Shown: piece after piece, positions 51,231 through 61,028 of the stretch
Layout: the number at the start of each line of letters is the position of its first letter
Position numbering within the stretch: the stretch's first letter is position 1
Source: Candidatus Sumerlaeaceae bacterium
Lineage (GTDB): Bacteria > Sumerlaeota > Sumerlaeia > Sumerlaeales > Sumerlaeaceae
Length of the DNA stretch: 64,000 nt
Direction: 5' to 3'
Assembly: GCA_051003195.1 (NCBI GenBank)
Contig: JBPCLP010000005.1
Location: 19,605 to 83,604 of the forward strand
Notes under the pieces: model-generated
Told to the model about the DNA's origin: nothing
Databases searched by the model: none
Seen by the model: the letters and a program-made list of their open reading frames with translations, nothing else
Translations under genes and position numbers: made by a program

Positions 51231-51582
51231 TCAACTCGGCCGGCTCCGCGATATTCTTAACGCGGCACAACTGATTACGGCTTATGTAAGTGGTATTGAG
51301 TTTGCGGGATTTGCCGCTGATCAGGAGAAACAGGACGCGGTGATCCGCCGGATCGAGATCATTGGAGAAGCAGCCGGGCATTTACGTCTTGAGACTCGCG
51401 ATGCGATTCCGGCTCTCAATTTTCGGCGAATGCGCGCGATGCGAAACATCGTTGCGCATGACTACGCGAACGTAGATGCGCAGATCGTGTGGGAAGTGGC
51501 GACAATCCACATACGGGATCTTTGGGATGTCCTTGAGAAGTTCTTTAGCGAAACAGCAGACAGCTCGAGTTCGGAATCCTGA
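51220..51582 (+). CDS. HEPN/DUF86 ribonuclease toxin (HepT-like)
   Basis: DAVIRRIEIIGEA, RNIVAHDY (RX4H); overlaps the MNT gene. Confidence 0.9.
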   Translation: MEADQLGRLRDILNAAQLITAYVSGIEFAGFAADQEKQDAVIRRIEIIGEAAGHLRLETRDAIPALNFRRMRAMRNIVAHDYANVDAQIVWEVATIHIRDLWDVLEKFFSETADSSSSES

Positions 51583-51930
51583 ATCCGACATTATTACGCC
51601 TTTTCCAACCAGATCGATTGCAGTTTGGCGCTCAGCGCGGAGAGGTGGCGTTTTTCTCGAGTCGGGGTACGGAATTACGCAATTCGACTGTCTACGTTTT
51701 CGACGGAAGATCACCGTCTGTGCGTTGTCTCTAAAATGAGAATCCCGGATAACCGGAATCTTCGGGTGAGCATGCCTGCATTCATAAGTTGGATTGAGAA
51801 TCCTAAAGTAACACTTTAGGAACTAATCGTGCAGCCGACGCAGCCCTGAGTATGATGGCATGAGGACCGTGGCCTGAATGGTCACTCTTGCAACTCAGCG
51901 TTGACTTAACTTAAACAATCGCGAAGCCTG

Positions 51931-52734
51931 ATGCTGGCAGCCGATGTGGGCAGCAAGCCGCTGCTTGAGCTCTTTATTAAACAGGGTGTCAGCTTTGAAT
52001 CATGTACCACTTACGGCCGAACAGCTCTTCATTTTGCCGTGATTGCAAGTCAGCGGTCCGCAGCCGAGAAGCTACTCGATGCCGGTTCGAAAATTGAAGT
52101 GCCGGATATGGACGGCTTCCGACCCCTTCATCTCGCGTCGTTACATTCCGATGAACGCATGATTGAACTTCTCCTTAGGAGGGGGGCGGATATCGACGCC
52201 TTGACTGGCAAGCGTCAGACGAACACAGACAAAGTCCTGAGTACTGCGCTGCACATAGCGTCCCACCGCGGAAACGATAAAATTGCCCGGTTGCTTCTCA
52301 AGGCGGGGGCTGACCCGAACAAATCAAATGGCTGGGGCGACACGGCGGTGCATTTGGCGGCTGAGCCAAATCTGCTTGAGGCGATATCCAGGGACATAAT
52401 TATGTCCCAGAAGCGTGCCAGGAAGATGGTTGAGCTTCTTGTGGAGTCGGGAGCAGATATTAATGTCCTGGGGGCAAAGGGATCGACGGCTCTTCATACG
52501 GCCTGTGCGTTTCAGCGGTATGAACTTACAAAACTCCTGCTTGCAAACGGAGCCGATCCTAATATTGCGGATGATGAAGGAGAATTGCCGATAGACGCTC
52601 TGGAGGACGGGGAATCATACTCAGCATTTCTTAAAACACTGGGAGTGAAACTCAGCCATGAGGAAAAGCACCAACTGGAAAAGGAAAAGCGCCTGATGAA
52701 GAACCTGCTCCTGGAATTTGGGTCACACAAATAA
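51931..52734 (+). CDS. Ankyrin repeat protein, possibly 5'-truncated
   Basis: TALHFA, PLHLA, TALHIA, GADPN repeats. Confidence 0.88.
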   Translation: MLAADVGSKPLLELFIKQGVSFESCTTYGRTALHFAVIASQRSAAEKLLDAGSKIEVPDMDGFRPLHLASLHSDERMIELLLRRGADIDALTGKRQTNTDKVLSTALHIASHRGNDKIARLLLKAGADPNKSNGWGDTAVHLAAEPNLLEAISRDIIMSQKRARKMVELLVESGADINVLGAKGSTALHTACAFQRYELTKLLLANGADPNIADDEGELPIDALEDGESYSAFLKTLGVKLSHEEKHQLEKEKRLMKNLLLEFGSHK

Positions 52735-53370
52735 GCAGATTTGAATGTTCTTTTTAAATCTTCAATGGCGCCGCTCCACCATGCCAGCCGTCGTACTATG
52801 GAATAACTGGGACAGTTGCCTTTTTCACTAATTAATTTGCTAGCGTCAGCAAATACTTCGCGACAAGATCAGTTACGTCGAAGGGTTAAGTGGCCGGGAA
52901 TTGGGAGCACGTCGCCTTCGCACGCTCGACGCCAAGCTTTCTTACGGAAGGCCTCATCAGCATGGCACGTCGAGCAAGGGCCCTCATCCTGAGTTGCCCG
53001 CATGCACCAGCGCGCGTTCGCCCAAAAACCTTCTTCGACTTCATTGGACTTAGCGCACCCTAAGGTGACGCCAGGGAAGTGACACGCCCTCCACAACTCG
53101 TGTATACCTGCCCCCGTAGTAAGCAGAACACGTTCTTTGACAACTATGCAGCCCGAACGCCGTGACCGACGGAAGACGGACTTCTGCCCCCAATCCGCGT
53201 GGCATTTTACATCTTTGCGCCTGGCGGAAAAACGGCGCCACCGCGCAAGGAAGCCGGAAATCCACGGCCCCGGCGAATTCTTACGCGAGGATTACCGTTT
53301 TTCAAGTGGCGAAATTACCCCATTTTCGCCAACTTGATTTATCTGCAAGCCTTTCAAGCTTCTACACCGC

Positions 53371-53409
53371 AAACTTGAAAAAAACTTGAAAAACTTGAAA
53401 ACTTGAAAA
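53371..53409. repeat. Four tandem ACTTGAAA units
   Basis: aaacttgaaa aaaacttgaa aaacttgaaa acttgaaaa. Confidence 0.85.
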
Positions 53410-53474
53410 GCCTCCAACCGCAGTCGCCCGCGCACTCGGATCCTCACATCATTCGTCGTTTTTGTTGTGCATCT

Positions 53475-53691
53475 GAAGTTCTGGGGGCAGCTGCGAACTG
53501 TTGCGACACCTGGCAAATTCGCAGGCGATGCGTAAAAGGAAATGCCCGGGTTGTACGGTGCGGCACGCGGTGACGCACTCCCAGGGCGGCGTACGATTTT
53601 TGTTCGCGTGCGTGGTCGTTTGGCCGGAGTTGGATGGATGAGACGCGTGTGCGATCTGGCGCGATGGTGGCTTGTCCAGAATTCCCGCATC
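53475..53691 (-). repeat. Long repeat A, right (inverted) copy
   Basis: Reverse complement shares long blocks with 47102-47354, e.g. CCTGGGAGTGCGTCACCGCGTGCCGCACCGTACAACCCGG. Confidence 0.9.
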
Positions 53692-53823
53692 CTTATTAGA
53701 AAACGCGTCGGCCAGGAATGCCCGGCCCACGTTAGACTCACACTTTAGTAGTTCAAAGACCAGGGTGCGGAGGCTGGGGCTACCAGGGTCATGTACATAC
53801 CAGTATCACATAGCAGCGATTGC

Positions 53824-55692
53824 TCAGTAGCCGGACCACTCGGTAATGGCGGCGGGAACGGTGGTGAAGAACGGATCGCCGTGGTAACGCGCGGCGCCGT
53901 ATTCGACGATGCCGCCGTCTTGTGCCGTGAGCCAGTAGCCGCTTGCCGTGCCGCCCGGTGTACATACGCTGCCGCCGGTGATCGGGGACGGCATCGCGCC
54001 GCCGGTCGAGCCGAAGAATGGCATTCCGGTTCCCAGCGTGTAGACCGTGCCGTTTTGCAGCACGATCCAGTAGCCGTTGCCATTGGTGCCGGGCAGCAGC
54101 CTGACCGCAGGCGAACCGCCGCTTGTGAATGAACCCGCTGCCGGAGCAGCTCCAAACGGATACACGGTTCCATTTGCCGACAGCAGCCAGTAACCGTTGC
54201 CGGGAGGGCGCGCGGCCATGCTGACTACTGGCGAGGCAGGCGGACTGCCACCAAGCGATCCGTAGAATCCCGCATCGCCAAACGTAAAGATTCCACCGTC
54301 GCCCGCAAAAAGCCAGTAGCCGTTGCCGCTGGCGGTGGGTACGATGCCGCGCACGGGTTGTGCTAATGAGACGCCTTCGACCGAGCCATACAGTGCAGCG
54401 TTACCAAATGCACGTACGCCTCCATTGGAGAGTGCCGCCCAGTAGCCAAGTCCGGACGGAGTGGCGGCGATGTCGATGGCCTGCGCGCCTGCGGGCAGCG
54501 TCACGTTGCCATGGTGAGTGGCGGCGCCGAACGCGAAGACTTCGCCCGTGCCCGCCAGTTGCCAGTATCCGTCACCGGCCGGACGCCCGGCGACCGCCGC
54601 AATGTTCGACGTAGTGAGCGGACGCGCGGTCGAGACAATTTTGTAGCGGCGAACCGCAGGGATTTCGCTGATGTCCGAAGCAACAGCCAGCACGTAAACA
54701 TCTGCGCCGATCTTCTGGAACGCGGGCATGTCTTCTCCGCATCCGGGTGCGTTACGATCGATGCGTGCGGGATTGCGGGCGGAGTATTGCCAGTTGACCA
54801 GGTTTGCGGAACGGGCGAGCCCCCAGCCCGTGACGGTGAGCCCGCAGGTTGCGGAGTAGCGCAGCCCCTCGATCACCTTATAGTAAAAGCCGTCTTCCTC
54901 GGTAATGTCACCGCGTCCGGGGCCTGCGTCGGCCCACTGGCCGGGCGGCAGCAACACCGGGTTGCCGGCGTACTTTGTCAGGGCGGTGATGGTAGTTCCG
55001 GATGCAAAACCGCGCTTCAGGCAGTTGGCGCCATCGATGCCGCTGAAACCGTGGTAGTACACGTAGTATGTGCCGCCATATTTGTGAAGCGACGGCGTGC
55101 CGACATTTCCATAGTGCTGGCCGCTGATGATGCCTTCCCACGACGTCTGCGCCACGAGTATTTTGCGCAGGTTGCCAGAGCCGTCGGTGAAAAGCTGCCA
55201 GTTGATGCCGTCGGTGCTTTGCGCGGCAGCCACGTAGTTGCGCGGCAGTGCGCTGGGGCCTGTTACCCCTGTATCCATGGTCTCGAACACCATGGTGAGC
55301 GTCGGCACCGAGTTCAGGGTTTCCACCAGCACGCTGGGCGCAAAAACCTGGATGGCATGTGTGCCGGAGCCGTTCGTATAGCTCAGGTTCGGCAGGACGG
55401 GTCGGCCGCCGTTGTAGGCTGACCAGGTGTTGCCGTCGTTGCTTGTCGCCACGCCAATGCCGGTGATGTCGCCGTACGTGCCATCTGGATTTCGGAACGA
55501 ACGGAAGTACATACGATATTGGGAGTTGAAGAGAACGGATGAGTACTCGGCGTGGCTGCGGCACTCCGATGGTGGCTGAAACGCTGTGTCTTCCACAAAC
55601 ATCGCCTGGCCGGAAAAAGCATCCGCAAGCGGACCCGGATGGGCCACACATGTAAGGCACGCCAGGGCTGCAGAAACTGTATAGCGGCACAA
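53824..55692 (-). CDS. Secreted protein: GH32/43-like five-blade propeller plus six GYW repeats and a C-terminal tail
   Basis: ATSNDGNTW, STDGINW, GNPVL; six GxGYW...G.V..FG repeats; ends PAAITEWSGY. Confidence 0.8.
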   Translation of the reverse strand: MCRYTVSAALACLTCVAHPGPLADAFSGQAMFVEDTAFQPPSECRSHAEYSSVLFNSQYRMYFRSFRNPDGTYGDITGIGVATSNDGNTWSAYNGGRPVLPNLSYTNGSGTHAIQVFAPSVLVETLNSVPTLTMVFETMDTGVTGPSALPRNYVAAAQSTDGINWQLFTDGSGNLRKILVAQTSWEGIISGQHYGNVGTPSLHKYGGTYYVYYHGFSGIDGANCLKRGFASGTTITALTKYAGNPVLLPPGQWADAGPGRGDITEEDGFYYKVIEGLRYSATCGLTVTGWGLARSANLVNWQYSARNPARIDRNAPGCGEDMPAFQKIGADVYVLAVASDISEIPAVRRYKIVSTARPLTTSNIAAVAGRPAGDGYWQLAGTGEVFAFGAATHHGNVTLPAGAQAIDIAATPSGLGYWAALSNGGVRAFGNAALYGSVEGVSLAQPVRGIVPTASGNGYWLFAGDGGIFTFGDAGFYGSLGGSPPASPVVSMAARPPGNGYWLLSANGTVYPFGAAPAAGSFTSGGSPAVRLLPGTNGNGYWIVLQNGTVYTLGTGMPFFGSTGGAMPSPITGGSVCTPGGTASGYWLTAQDGGIVEYGAARYHGDPFFTTVPAAITEWSGY

Positions 55693-55854
55693 ACGGATTT
55701 CAGATCCTCCCGGTCGGAATAGAATATTTAGTTAGCCACAGTCGTGCAGTTCGGTCAAGCGCCATTAGCTGTGGCGTGCAGCCTACGGCTAAGGAGATTG
55801 GCGCGCGCAACTTTTGCTTGCCGTGCGTTCGCTGTACCCGGAGGAAATCTTTCG

Positions 55855-57495
55855 GTGAACTCCCGACGCACCAGCGCGTTTCTTCGCGCCATTAGCGCAG
55901 CGCTCGCGCTATGGTGTTCGGCCACAGCGCTCGCACAGTTCCAAACCTGCGTTGACGTCAACGCTCCCATCAATACTTCCACCGGCGCGACCTCTCAGCA
56001 GATTCAACCCTCGACCATCGCCGGCCTCGCGACGAACCGGGTGCGCATCAATTGCATTATCGCCCCGTGGAGTTCGCCGTCGGATTCGACGCTCCACTCG
56101 GGCCGGACGTGGTTCCAGGCGTACGACCAGATCGTGAACGACTTTATCGCGCAGGGCACCGCGGTATACATGCTGATCGGCGGGCAGGCGGTGAACTCGG
56201 GTTTCGGATTGAATACGAGCCAGTATGCGGACCAGTACGCGGCGAATTTCGAGACAATTGTTGGGCACTTCAAGGACCGGGTACAGGTGTTCGAAACGTT
56301 CAATGAGCCGAACGACTGGGCCGGGGGTTCGAGCGCGCAGGTGGAGCCACGCTATTTCGCTTACATGCTGCAGGAAATCTACATGAACGTGAAGTACCGC
56401 GATGCACACGTAAGCGATCCAACGTGGCAGGTGACCATCGTTTCAGGCCCGATGTTCACGCACGACATCAGCGGTGATGGGGACCTGGGCAACACGTACT
56501 TCACTTCGACTGCGAACGCGGGGAAAAATGGCGACGCTGCAATTCCCTCACTCGACTGGAACAATGTGAAGACGCTGACCGGCTCGTATCCTTACGACGG
56601 AATCGGTTATCACATCTACGCGCGGCAGGGTTCGACCGATGCGGCGGATATCTCGGCGCGCCTGGACCTGCACCTGGACTCCATGATGTCGGCCGTCGAT
56701 ACGATTGAGGGCACCAGCGCGCACGGGAAGAAGTTCTGGATCAGCGAAATCGGGTGGGGATCGAATCACGTGACACCGGACGGGCAGGCGGCGAATCTCG
56801 ACACGGCGTTGAACCTGTTCCGCTCCGATGCGCGTGTTCAAATGGCGACATGGTTCTGTCTCGCGGACTTCGATCCCGGCAATCAGTATGGCCTGCACAC
56901 CGACAACGCGCTGCTCGTCTCGCAACGAAAGCCGGCGTGGTGGCACTTGCGCCGGCAGTCACTTGTGGCTGATGCCACGACCACTCTTGCACGCAACCCG
57001 GGTTTCGAATCGGCGGCGCAATACTGGACCAGCTTCGGCACGAGCGATGGCGTGCAATCGGGCTCGTGGTTCGGCGGCATCACCGCGCGGACGGGTTCCA
57101 GCTTCTGGGGCGCGGCGGCGAACTTCGGTGTGAAAAACGGCGGCGTCTACCAGCAGTACTTCACAACCGCAGGGCAGACGATTACCGCCGCGACGTGGGT
57201 GCGCACGTACCGTGAAGGCGGTTCGTTCGGTAATACGACGGGGCGTATCGGCATCGATCCAGCGGGCGGCACGAACCCGGACGCGGGGAGCGTCGTGTGG
57301 TCTGACTTGCTCGAAAGCCCCGGCGCATGGCACCCGGTGGTGGCGCGCACCACGGCCACAGGCGCGATGGCGACCGTATTTCTGCGGCATGTGCAAAGTG
57401 CGCCGACGTGGAACGTGACCGCGTTCGATGACGTGACGGTGCTTGGCGCCACTTCCGCAGTGCCGGTGCAGGTGACCGCTGTTTCAGCGGATTAG
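55855..57495 (+). CDS. Secreted clan GH-A hydrolase (GH5/GH39-like) with a CBM-like domain
   Basis: GGAGG RBS, signal ending ALA, FNEPN, GYHIY, WISEIGW, NPGFE; ends SAVPVQVTAVSAD. Confidence 0.8.
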   Translation: MNSRRTSAFLRAISAALALWCSATALAQFQTCVDVNAPINTSTGATSQQIQPSTIAGLATNRVRINCIIAPWSSPSDSTLHSGRTWFQAYDQIVNDFIAQGTAVYMLIGGQAVNSGFGLNTSQYADQYAANFETIVGHFKDRVQVFETFNEPNDWAGGSSAQVEPRYFAYMLQEIYMNVKYRDAHVSDPTWQVTIVSGPMFTHDISGDGDLGNTYFTSTANAGKNGDAAIPSLDWNNVKTLTGSYPYDGIGYHIYARQGSTDAADISARLDLHLDSMMSAVDTIEGTSAHGKKFWISEIGWGSNHVTPDGQAANLDTALNLFRSDARVQMATWFCLADFDPGNQYGLHTDNALLVSQRKPAWWHLRRQSLVADATTTLARNPGFESAAQYWTSFGTSDGVQSGSWFGGITARTGSSFWGAAANFGVKNGGVYQQYFTTAGQTITAATWVRTYREGGSFGNTTGRIGIDPAGGTNPDAGSVVWSDLLESPGAWHPVVARTTATGAMATVFLRHVQSAPTWNVTAFDDVTVLGATSAVPVQVTAVSAD

Positions 57496-57535
57496 CGTTT
57501 TGCCGGGTGAATGTGGTTGAAATCCCTGGACAGTT

Positions 57536-58174
57536 TTACGGACCGACACGGACGATGTTGCCCGCCGAAACGGTGCCGTTGCTGGGATCATACTGCCACT
57601 TCATGGGCTGATCCACCTCAAGGTTTCCGTAGCCGCCGGCCCGCTTTTTTAAAATTAGATCGGGACCCCGACTTTGCAGATTCCATTTTGGCGTGTATAG
57701 CCCGGGCGCGTCGGCGCTGCCGGCATCGTAAGTAACCAGCCATGGATAGAGTACGTGGCGCGTGGTGTCCTCGTAAAAGGTTTTTGTGGCATACCAGTAG
57801 TTAAGGTTCGAGCCTTGGCTGTCTTCCGGGCTGAGTGTTCCGCCAAATGGGTCATTCGGAATCGAGGTGAGATACGCGACGGGAGTGGTCATGCCGGCCG
57901 CAGGGTAATTTGCGGACAGGCCGTGCGGGACTGCCATGTTGGGGAAATCCACGCCGGGGTAATCCTTCTGGTCCGTCGCGTAGGCTTCGATTGCTACAGC
58001 CATCGTACGCTGATCCGCCTTCACCCTCGATACTTTGGATCGCGTCTGCGCGCTGAGCAGGCTTGGAATTGCAATCATCGCCAGGATGGCAATGATTGCC
58101 ACCACGATGAGGAGTTCAATAATTGTCAGAGCGCGCTGTGGGGCGGAAGACAAATGGCTGGTACCGGTCATCAC
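57536..58174 (-). CDS. Prepilin-type N-terminal cleavage/methylation protein
   Basis: RA-LTIIELLIVVAIIAILA...AQTRSKVSR, SRGPD, YDPSNGTVS. Confidence 0.9.
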   Translation of the reverse strand: MMTGTSHLSSAPQRALTIIELLIVVAIIAILAMIAIPSLLSAQTRSKVSRVKADQRTMAVAIEAYATDQKDYPGVDFPNMAVPHGLSANYPAAGMTTPVAYLTSIPNDPFGGTLSPEDSQGSNLNYWYATKTFYEDTTRHVLYPWLVTYDAGSADAPGLYTPKWNLQSRGPDLILKKRAGGYGNLEVDQPMKWQYDPSNGTVSAGNIVRVGP

Positions 58175-58471
58175 GATGCTGATAGATGCAGTGAGAGCAT
58201 TTGTTCCAAATGCCCGTTTTTCCCGTCAAGTGTGGTCTACCGTTAGTTCGTAATCAGCTGTGTGCCGAATCGAAGGTAAGTTTGCCCTTTGGTATGGTAA
58301 TGAACTACTGATTCGGCACACCAGGATCGCCAATGTATTGGCGAAGGGAGGTCATTAGACTTTCCTTACCGCTTGTTTAACGATAGCAGATTCTAAAGCC
58401 AATATTTATAATTTGTGCGCGACTTGCCTGTCATTGCTTGCACTTTGCATTAGCGCAACGATGATGGCGCG

Positions 58472-59893
58472 ATGAGCATGGAACCTTCAGTTGCAGCAGA
58501 GATGCCTTTGAGCGGTCCGCCGCCCGCCGCTCCCCTTCTTGATCCGGTAAAGTCACAGCGTCTGTTGTCCCTGGATGTTCTGCGGGGGATGACAATCGCG
58601 GGAATGATACTGGTGAATAACCCGGGCACGTGGAATGCGACGTATGCTCCACTGAGACACGCGCCGTGGGATGGCTGGACGCCGACGGACCTGGTATTTC
58701 CGTTTTTCCTGTTCATGGTGGGAGTCGCGATGACGCTGTCGTTCGACAGGCGCCTGGCAGCAGGTGCTTCTCGCGGGGGAATGCTGGGGCATGTCGCAGC
58801 GCGTTCCCTGGTGCTCATCCTGCTGGGGCTGGTGCTGACTGGAATTCCCAATTTCCGGCTTATCACGCCATTCATCCTGGCAATTGCGGGGCTGCAACTG
58901 GTAACGCGAAAACCGGACGCGGACTCACGCGTGTGGACGCCAGCGGGCTGGGGCGCGCTGGCGGCGGGAGTGCTGTGGTGGCTGGTGGATTTCCGGTACT
59001 TTAACGGCCCGACTGCGCGCAGCGCCTTCGGCGATTTCTTTCCGCTGCAACCAGGCGGCAAAACGCCGATTCGGATACCGGGCGTGCTGCAGCGGATTGG
59101 GCTCTGCTATCTGTTTGCATCGATGATCGCGCTAAACACACGGGTCGTAGGACGTGCGATCTGGGCCGCTATTCTGATGCTTGGCTACTGGCTGGTAATG
59201 AAGTTTGTAAATGCGCCGGCGGGATATGCCATCGGCAACGGGGCTGCGGGCATTCACGTGGATGCGCCGGCGGGTGCGCCCTTCGCGGGAGTGTTGAATG
59301 ACTGGATCGATGTGCGGCTGCTGGGACAACACCTGTACAGCCATCGGCCGGACCCGGAGGGCCTGCTGAGCACGATTCCCGCGATTGCGACGGTGCTGAT
59401 TGGAACGCTCGCAGGAACGTGGATACTGCGACCGGATCAATCTCGAGGTTGGAAAGCAGTCGGGTTGGTGGCAGGAGGCGTGGTGCTGGTTATGCTGGGC
59501 CAGATCTGGAACGTGTGGTTCCCAATCAATAAGAAGATCTGGACGAGCAGCTATGTGTTGCATGCGGGCGGGCTGGGCTCGCTGCTGCTGGCTCTTTGTT
59601 ACTGGTTGTGCGATATACTGAACATTCGAAGGTGGGCGATTCCATTCGCGATTCTTGGAACCAACGCGATTGTAGCGTTCTTTGGATCGGGACTGATGGC
59701 GCGGCTGATGGGCATGATTAAATTGGGCGAACCTGGCAAGGAGACTTCGGTGAAAGGATTCCTGTACCTCTTTTACGAGTCATCTTTTGAGAGTCCGAAA
59801 AACGAGTCGCTGGCGTGGGCGTTGTCATTCGTGACATTGTGGGTGCTGATGCTGTGGCCACTTTACCGGAAACGCATCTTTATTCGCGTTTGA
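58472..59893 (+). CDS. Heparan-alpha-glucosaminide N-acetyltransferase-like membrane protein (DUF5009/NagX)
   Basis: RLLSLDVLRG, DLVFPFFLF, GVLQRIG, DPEG, PINKKIWTSSY. Confidence 0.9.
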   Translation: MSMEPSVAAEMPLSGPPPAAPLLDPVKSQRLLSLDVLRGMTIAGMILVNNPGTWNATYAPLRHAPWDGWTPTDLVFPFFLFMVGVAMTLSFDRRLAAGASRGGMLGHVAARSLVLILLGLVLTGIPNFRLITPFILAIAGLQLVTRKPDADSRVWTPAGWGALAAGVLWWLVDFRYFNGPTARSAFGDFFPLQPGGKTPIRIPGVLQRIGLCYLFASMIALNTRVVGRAIWAAILMLGYWLVMKFVNAPAGYAIGNGAAGIHVDAPAGAPFAGVLNDWIDVRLLGQHLYSHRPDPEGLLSTIPAIATVLIGTLAGTWILRPDQSRGWKAVGLVAGGVVLVMLGQIWNVWFPINKKIWTSSYVLHAGGLGSLLLALCYWLCDILNIRRWAIPFAILGTNAIVAFFGSGLMARLMGMIKLGEPGKETSVKGFLYLFYESSFESPKNESLAWALSFVTLWVLMLWPLYRKRIFIRV

Positions 59894-60138
59894 TCTTTTT
59901 GATCGTGGGACCAGCTGCTGCGCGACGCAAAACCTTTGTATAAGGATGTATCGCATTGGATTTACTTGGATTGTGTGCAAAAATCGGCGCGTAACCGACG
60001 TGTGTAAAGGCATTGGCATTTGCGGTGATGTCATGGGCAAGTTTGTGAAATTTTTCTCTTGCCTGCCATGGGTCGCGGCGGTGATTTTTCCCCAAATTCG
60101 GCTCGCTTTTGTTATCATTATCTAGATCGGCTTGATGA

Positions 60139-60513
60139 GTGCTCCAAATCCTGGTTTATACGGTCCTGGTGGTCGGCATGTCCGTCATGATCGTTGGACT
60201 GAGCCAGTTCCTGGGACGGGCGACTCATAACAAGCATAAGGATATGCCGTACGAATCGGGGATGGTGCCGACGGGTGGCGCGAGACTGCGAACTTCGGTG
60301 CCGTATTACCTCGTGGCGATTTTCTTCCTGATGTTTGACGTAGAGATCGCGTTTCTCTATGCGTGGGGCGTCGCATTGCGAGAGCTGGGCTGGGACGGAT
60401 TTCTCAAGGCGTTCATTTTCATCCTGTTTCTAACGGGTGGGTTTGCCTACATCTGGTTGAGAGGAGGTCTGGAATGGCACCATCGTTCGAGAAAAGTCTC
60501 GGCCGCGCGGTAG
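60139..60513 (+). CDS. nuoA: NADH-quinone oxidoreductase subunit A
   Basis: PYESG, FLMFDVE, GGLEW. Confidence 0.95.
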   Translation: MLQILVYTVLVVGMSVMIVGLSQFLGRATHNKHKDMPYESGMVPTGGARLRTSVPYYLVAIFFLMFDVEIAFLYAWGVALRELGWDGFLKAFIFILFLTGGFAYIWLRGGLEWHHRSRKVSAAR

Positions 60514-61028
60514 CGTTCGCGAACCTGGACGACCTGGTGAACTGGGGGCGCAAGTATTCGATCTGGCCGTTTAACTTTGGGCTGAGCTGCTGCTACGTGG
60601 AGATGATGACGGCGTTTACATCCAAGTATGACGTTTCGCGTTTTGGCGCGGAAGTGCTTCGCGGTTCTCCGCGCGAAGCGGACCTGATGGTGATTGCGGG
60701 GACGGTCTTCAAGAAGATGGCGCCCAGCATTGTGCGGCTTTACCAGCAGCTAATGGAACCAAAGTGGGTGATAAGCATGGGCTCGTGCGCGAACTCCGGT
60801 GGCATGTTCGACGTCTACAGCGTGGTGCAGGGCATCGACACGCTGCTGCCTGTAGATGTGTATATCCCGGGATGCCCGCCGCGTCCGGAAGCGTTTCTTG
60901 AAGGGCTGCTGATTTTGCAGGAGCAGATCGGAAAAAGCCGTCAGCGGCCATTCGGCCTGGTGCTCGACGATAAACGAACGTCTGATGCATTGCACATTAC
61001 TTCGACCGAGGTTTTGAGCACCAAATAA
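60474..61028 (+). CDS. nuoB: NADH-quinone oxidoreductase subunit B
   Basis: [22 protein letters not shown]. Confidence 0.96.
   Translation: MAPSFEKSLGRAVAFANLDDLVNWGRKYSIWPFNFGLSCCYVEMMTAFTSKYDVSRFGAEVLRGSPREADLMVIAGTVFKKMAPSIVRLYQQLMEPKWVISMGSCANSGGMFDVYSVVQGIDTLLPVDVYIPGCPPRPEAFLEGLLILQEQIGKSRQRPFGLVLDDKRTSDALHITSTEVLSTK

Noticed and set aside
52869..53265. Short ORFs after the ankyrin gene
   Set aside because: No recognisable motifs or clear RBS; left unannotated
53292..53741. 149-aa ORF sharing MREFWTSHHRARSH with the end of ORF 46188-47378
   Set aside because: The similarity is just translation of repeat A; indels between the copies and the lack of RBS argue against coding
58270..58300. 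c-di-GMP-I riboswitch (AAAGGGCAAAC on the minus strand)
   Set aside because: No GAAA-capped P2 stem or GCAAA/P3 elements follow
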